Shown here: positions 62,567 through 64,000 of the stretch, piece after piece
Numbering within the stretch: position 1 is the stretch's first letter
Layout: every line of letters starts with the position of its first letter
Assembly (NCBI GenBank): GCA_950097015.1
Contig: CATNEN010000039.1
Location: 7,936,001-8,000,000 of the forward strand
DNA from: Macrostomum hystrix
Taxonomy: Eukaryota > Animalia > Platyhelminthes
DNA: 64,000 nt
Direction of reading: 5' to 3'
Notes under the pieces: model-generated
What the model was told of the DNA's origin: nothing
What the model saw: only the letters and a program-made list of their open reading frames with translations
The model's database searches: none
Made by a program: the position numbers and the translations under genes

Positions 62567-64000
62567 TTACAGAGATGAACTGCCAGACTGGGCCAGTCGC
62601 AGGCGCTCCGCCTTCTTAGCTGCGTACTCCTCGTAGCGGCAGATGGCGTAGTCCAAGAAGTCGAAGTCAATGCTGGAGTGGCACGCCTGCACCAGAGCCC
62701 ACAGGGCCCAGAACAGGTGAGAGGCCAGCGAAAAGCCCGCCACCTGTCCGTACAGCTGCTCGACTCGTCCGTCAAGCGATTCATCGTTGAGCAGCCGCTG
62801 AGAATTATCGCCTTCACAGCCACCCAGGCAGGCGTCGCGGTACTGCAGGTAGTTCCTGAGCCATGGCAGCTGGAAGTCCCTGTCCGGGTACCTGGAATGA
62901 TCAACCGTGGCCACCCCGGCGAACTCGTTGAAGTGATTGGCGATGTCGAAAGGCAGGTAGTTGTAGGCGCAGTACTCGAAGTCGATCAGATAGACTCGCA
63001 GTTCGCGCTCATTGTAGACAAAGTTCTTAATGAGGGTGTCATTGTGGCTGAATACCACGGGGCACTTTAGGCGGCTCAGGTGATAATCCAGGTCGTCTAA
63101 CTCGGCTCGCAGGGCCGCTTTGTCAGGTATGGCAGCCTTGAGCTTGGCCTGACGCTCAGGTTCAGGGAAGGCGTCCGGCCCAAGCTCCAGGTAGCGACGC
63201 ATTGTTGGAAACAGCATCGGCTCTGGCCTGCCTGAGTCCAGCAGAGGCGCCTGCGAGAGAGGGAAATGTGGGGCATTGCTGACTGCTACTGTGTGGCATT
63301 GCTGACTGCTACTGTGTGGCATTGCTGACTGCTACTGTGTGGCATTGCTGACTGCTACTGTGTTGCATTGCTGACTGCTACTGTGTTGCATTGCTGACTG
63401 CTACTGTGTTGCATTGCTGACTGCTACTGTGTGGCATTGCTGACTGCTACTGTGTGGCATTGCTGACTGCTACTGTGTGGCATTGCTGACTGCTACTGTG
63501 TTGCATTGCTGACTGCTACTGTGTTGCATTGCTGACTGCTACTGTGTGGCATTGCTGACTGCTACTGTGTGGCATTGCTGTGGGGCATTGCTGACTGCTC
63601 ACCTGAATGCAGTGGAGGTTCGCCAGCTCCCTAGCAATCAGGCGAGCCACTGTAGGCTCTCGGATCATGTCCTCATCGGCCACCTGAAAAAGAAAAGTAC
63701 GAAAGCAATGCCGAGTGGGCCGAAGTGAACCAGCAAAGGAACATCAGAGCGTACATCTCCATGCGCATATCCGTAGCAGAGGCCGTTGGCAAAGGTGGCG
63801 TAGACGGGTTTGCAGAAGCCGTGCGCCTGCAGCAGCCGCATGTTGCGAATCTCTGCCTGCCGGTCGATGATTAAATCTGTCTTCTCGCCGTAGATTCGAA
63901 CTAGGACAACATCGTCGCCGAATTGGATTCGCTGGCCGAGGTGCACAGCCACCAGCTTGTTGGTGATGCCCTCCGTGAAGACCCGCTTGCCGCAGCTGGC
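62567..64000 (-). CDS. ETNK1: Ethanolamine kinase (choline/ethanolamine kinase family); 5' partial
   Basis: Exons >64000-63755, 63683-63603, 63250-62567. Motifs FTEGITNKLV, VLVRIYGEKTDLIIDRQAE, Brenner motif VFSHND, and LIDFEYCAYNYLPFDIANHFNEFAG, LASHLFWALWALVQ. Confidence 0.95.
63270..63598. repeat. 23-bp intronic minisatellite (GGCATTGCTGACTGCTACTGTGT)n
   Basis: Occupies nearly the whole kinase intron 63251-63602. Confidence 0.95.

Overview
Animal genomic DNA with GT-AG spliced genes; no prokaryotic features. Short core introns, polyQ/polyA-rich proteins and about 24 unrelated mini/microsatellite arrays (roughly a third of the window) suggest a free-living flatworm such as Macrostomum (inference from sequence style only). 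Genes I could splice together by hand: the 3' part of a non-chordate classical cadherin (+), a small secreted precursor with a GnRH/corazonin-like amidated peptide (+), a KChIP-like calcium sensor (-), two rhodopsin-class GPCRs (-), an uncharacterised CaaX-tailed protein (+), sphingolipid delta-4 desaturase DEGS (+), an RNF4-like RING gene with a rearranged tandem duplicate (-), and the 3' part of an ethanolamine kinase (-). Mobile-element relics: piggyBac fragment, tRNA-derived SINE, hAT-like ends, possible Tc1-like HTH. Best leads: (1) the GnRH/corazonin-like precursor with an atypical layout; (2) two RING exons that begin in frame at bare splice acceptors just downstream of the kinase, a candidate operon where a spliced-leader AUG could supply the start codon; (3) introns built as a minimal intron plus one private minisatellite, several of whose units carry splice-site or transcription-factor motifs, with visible seeds and sister arrays. 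Most long ORFs in the ORF track are repeat artefacts.
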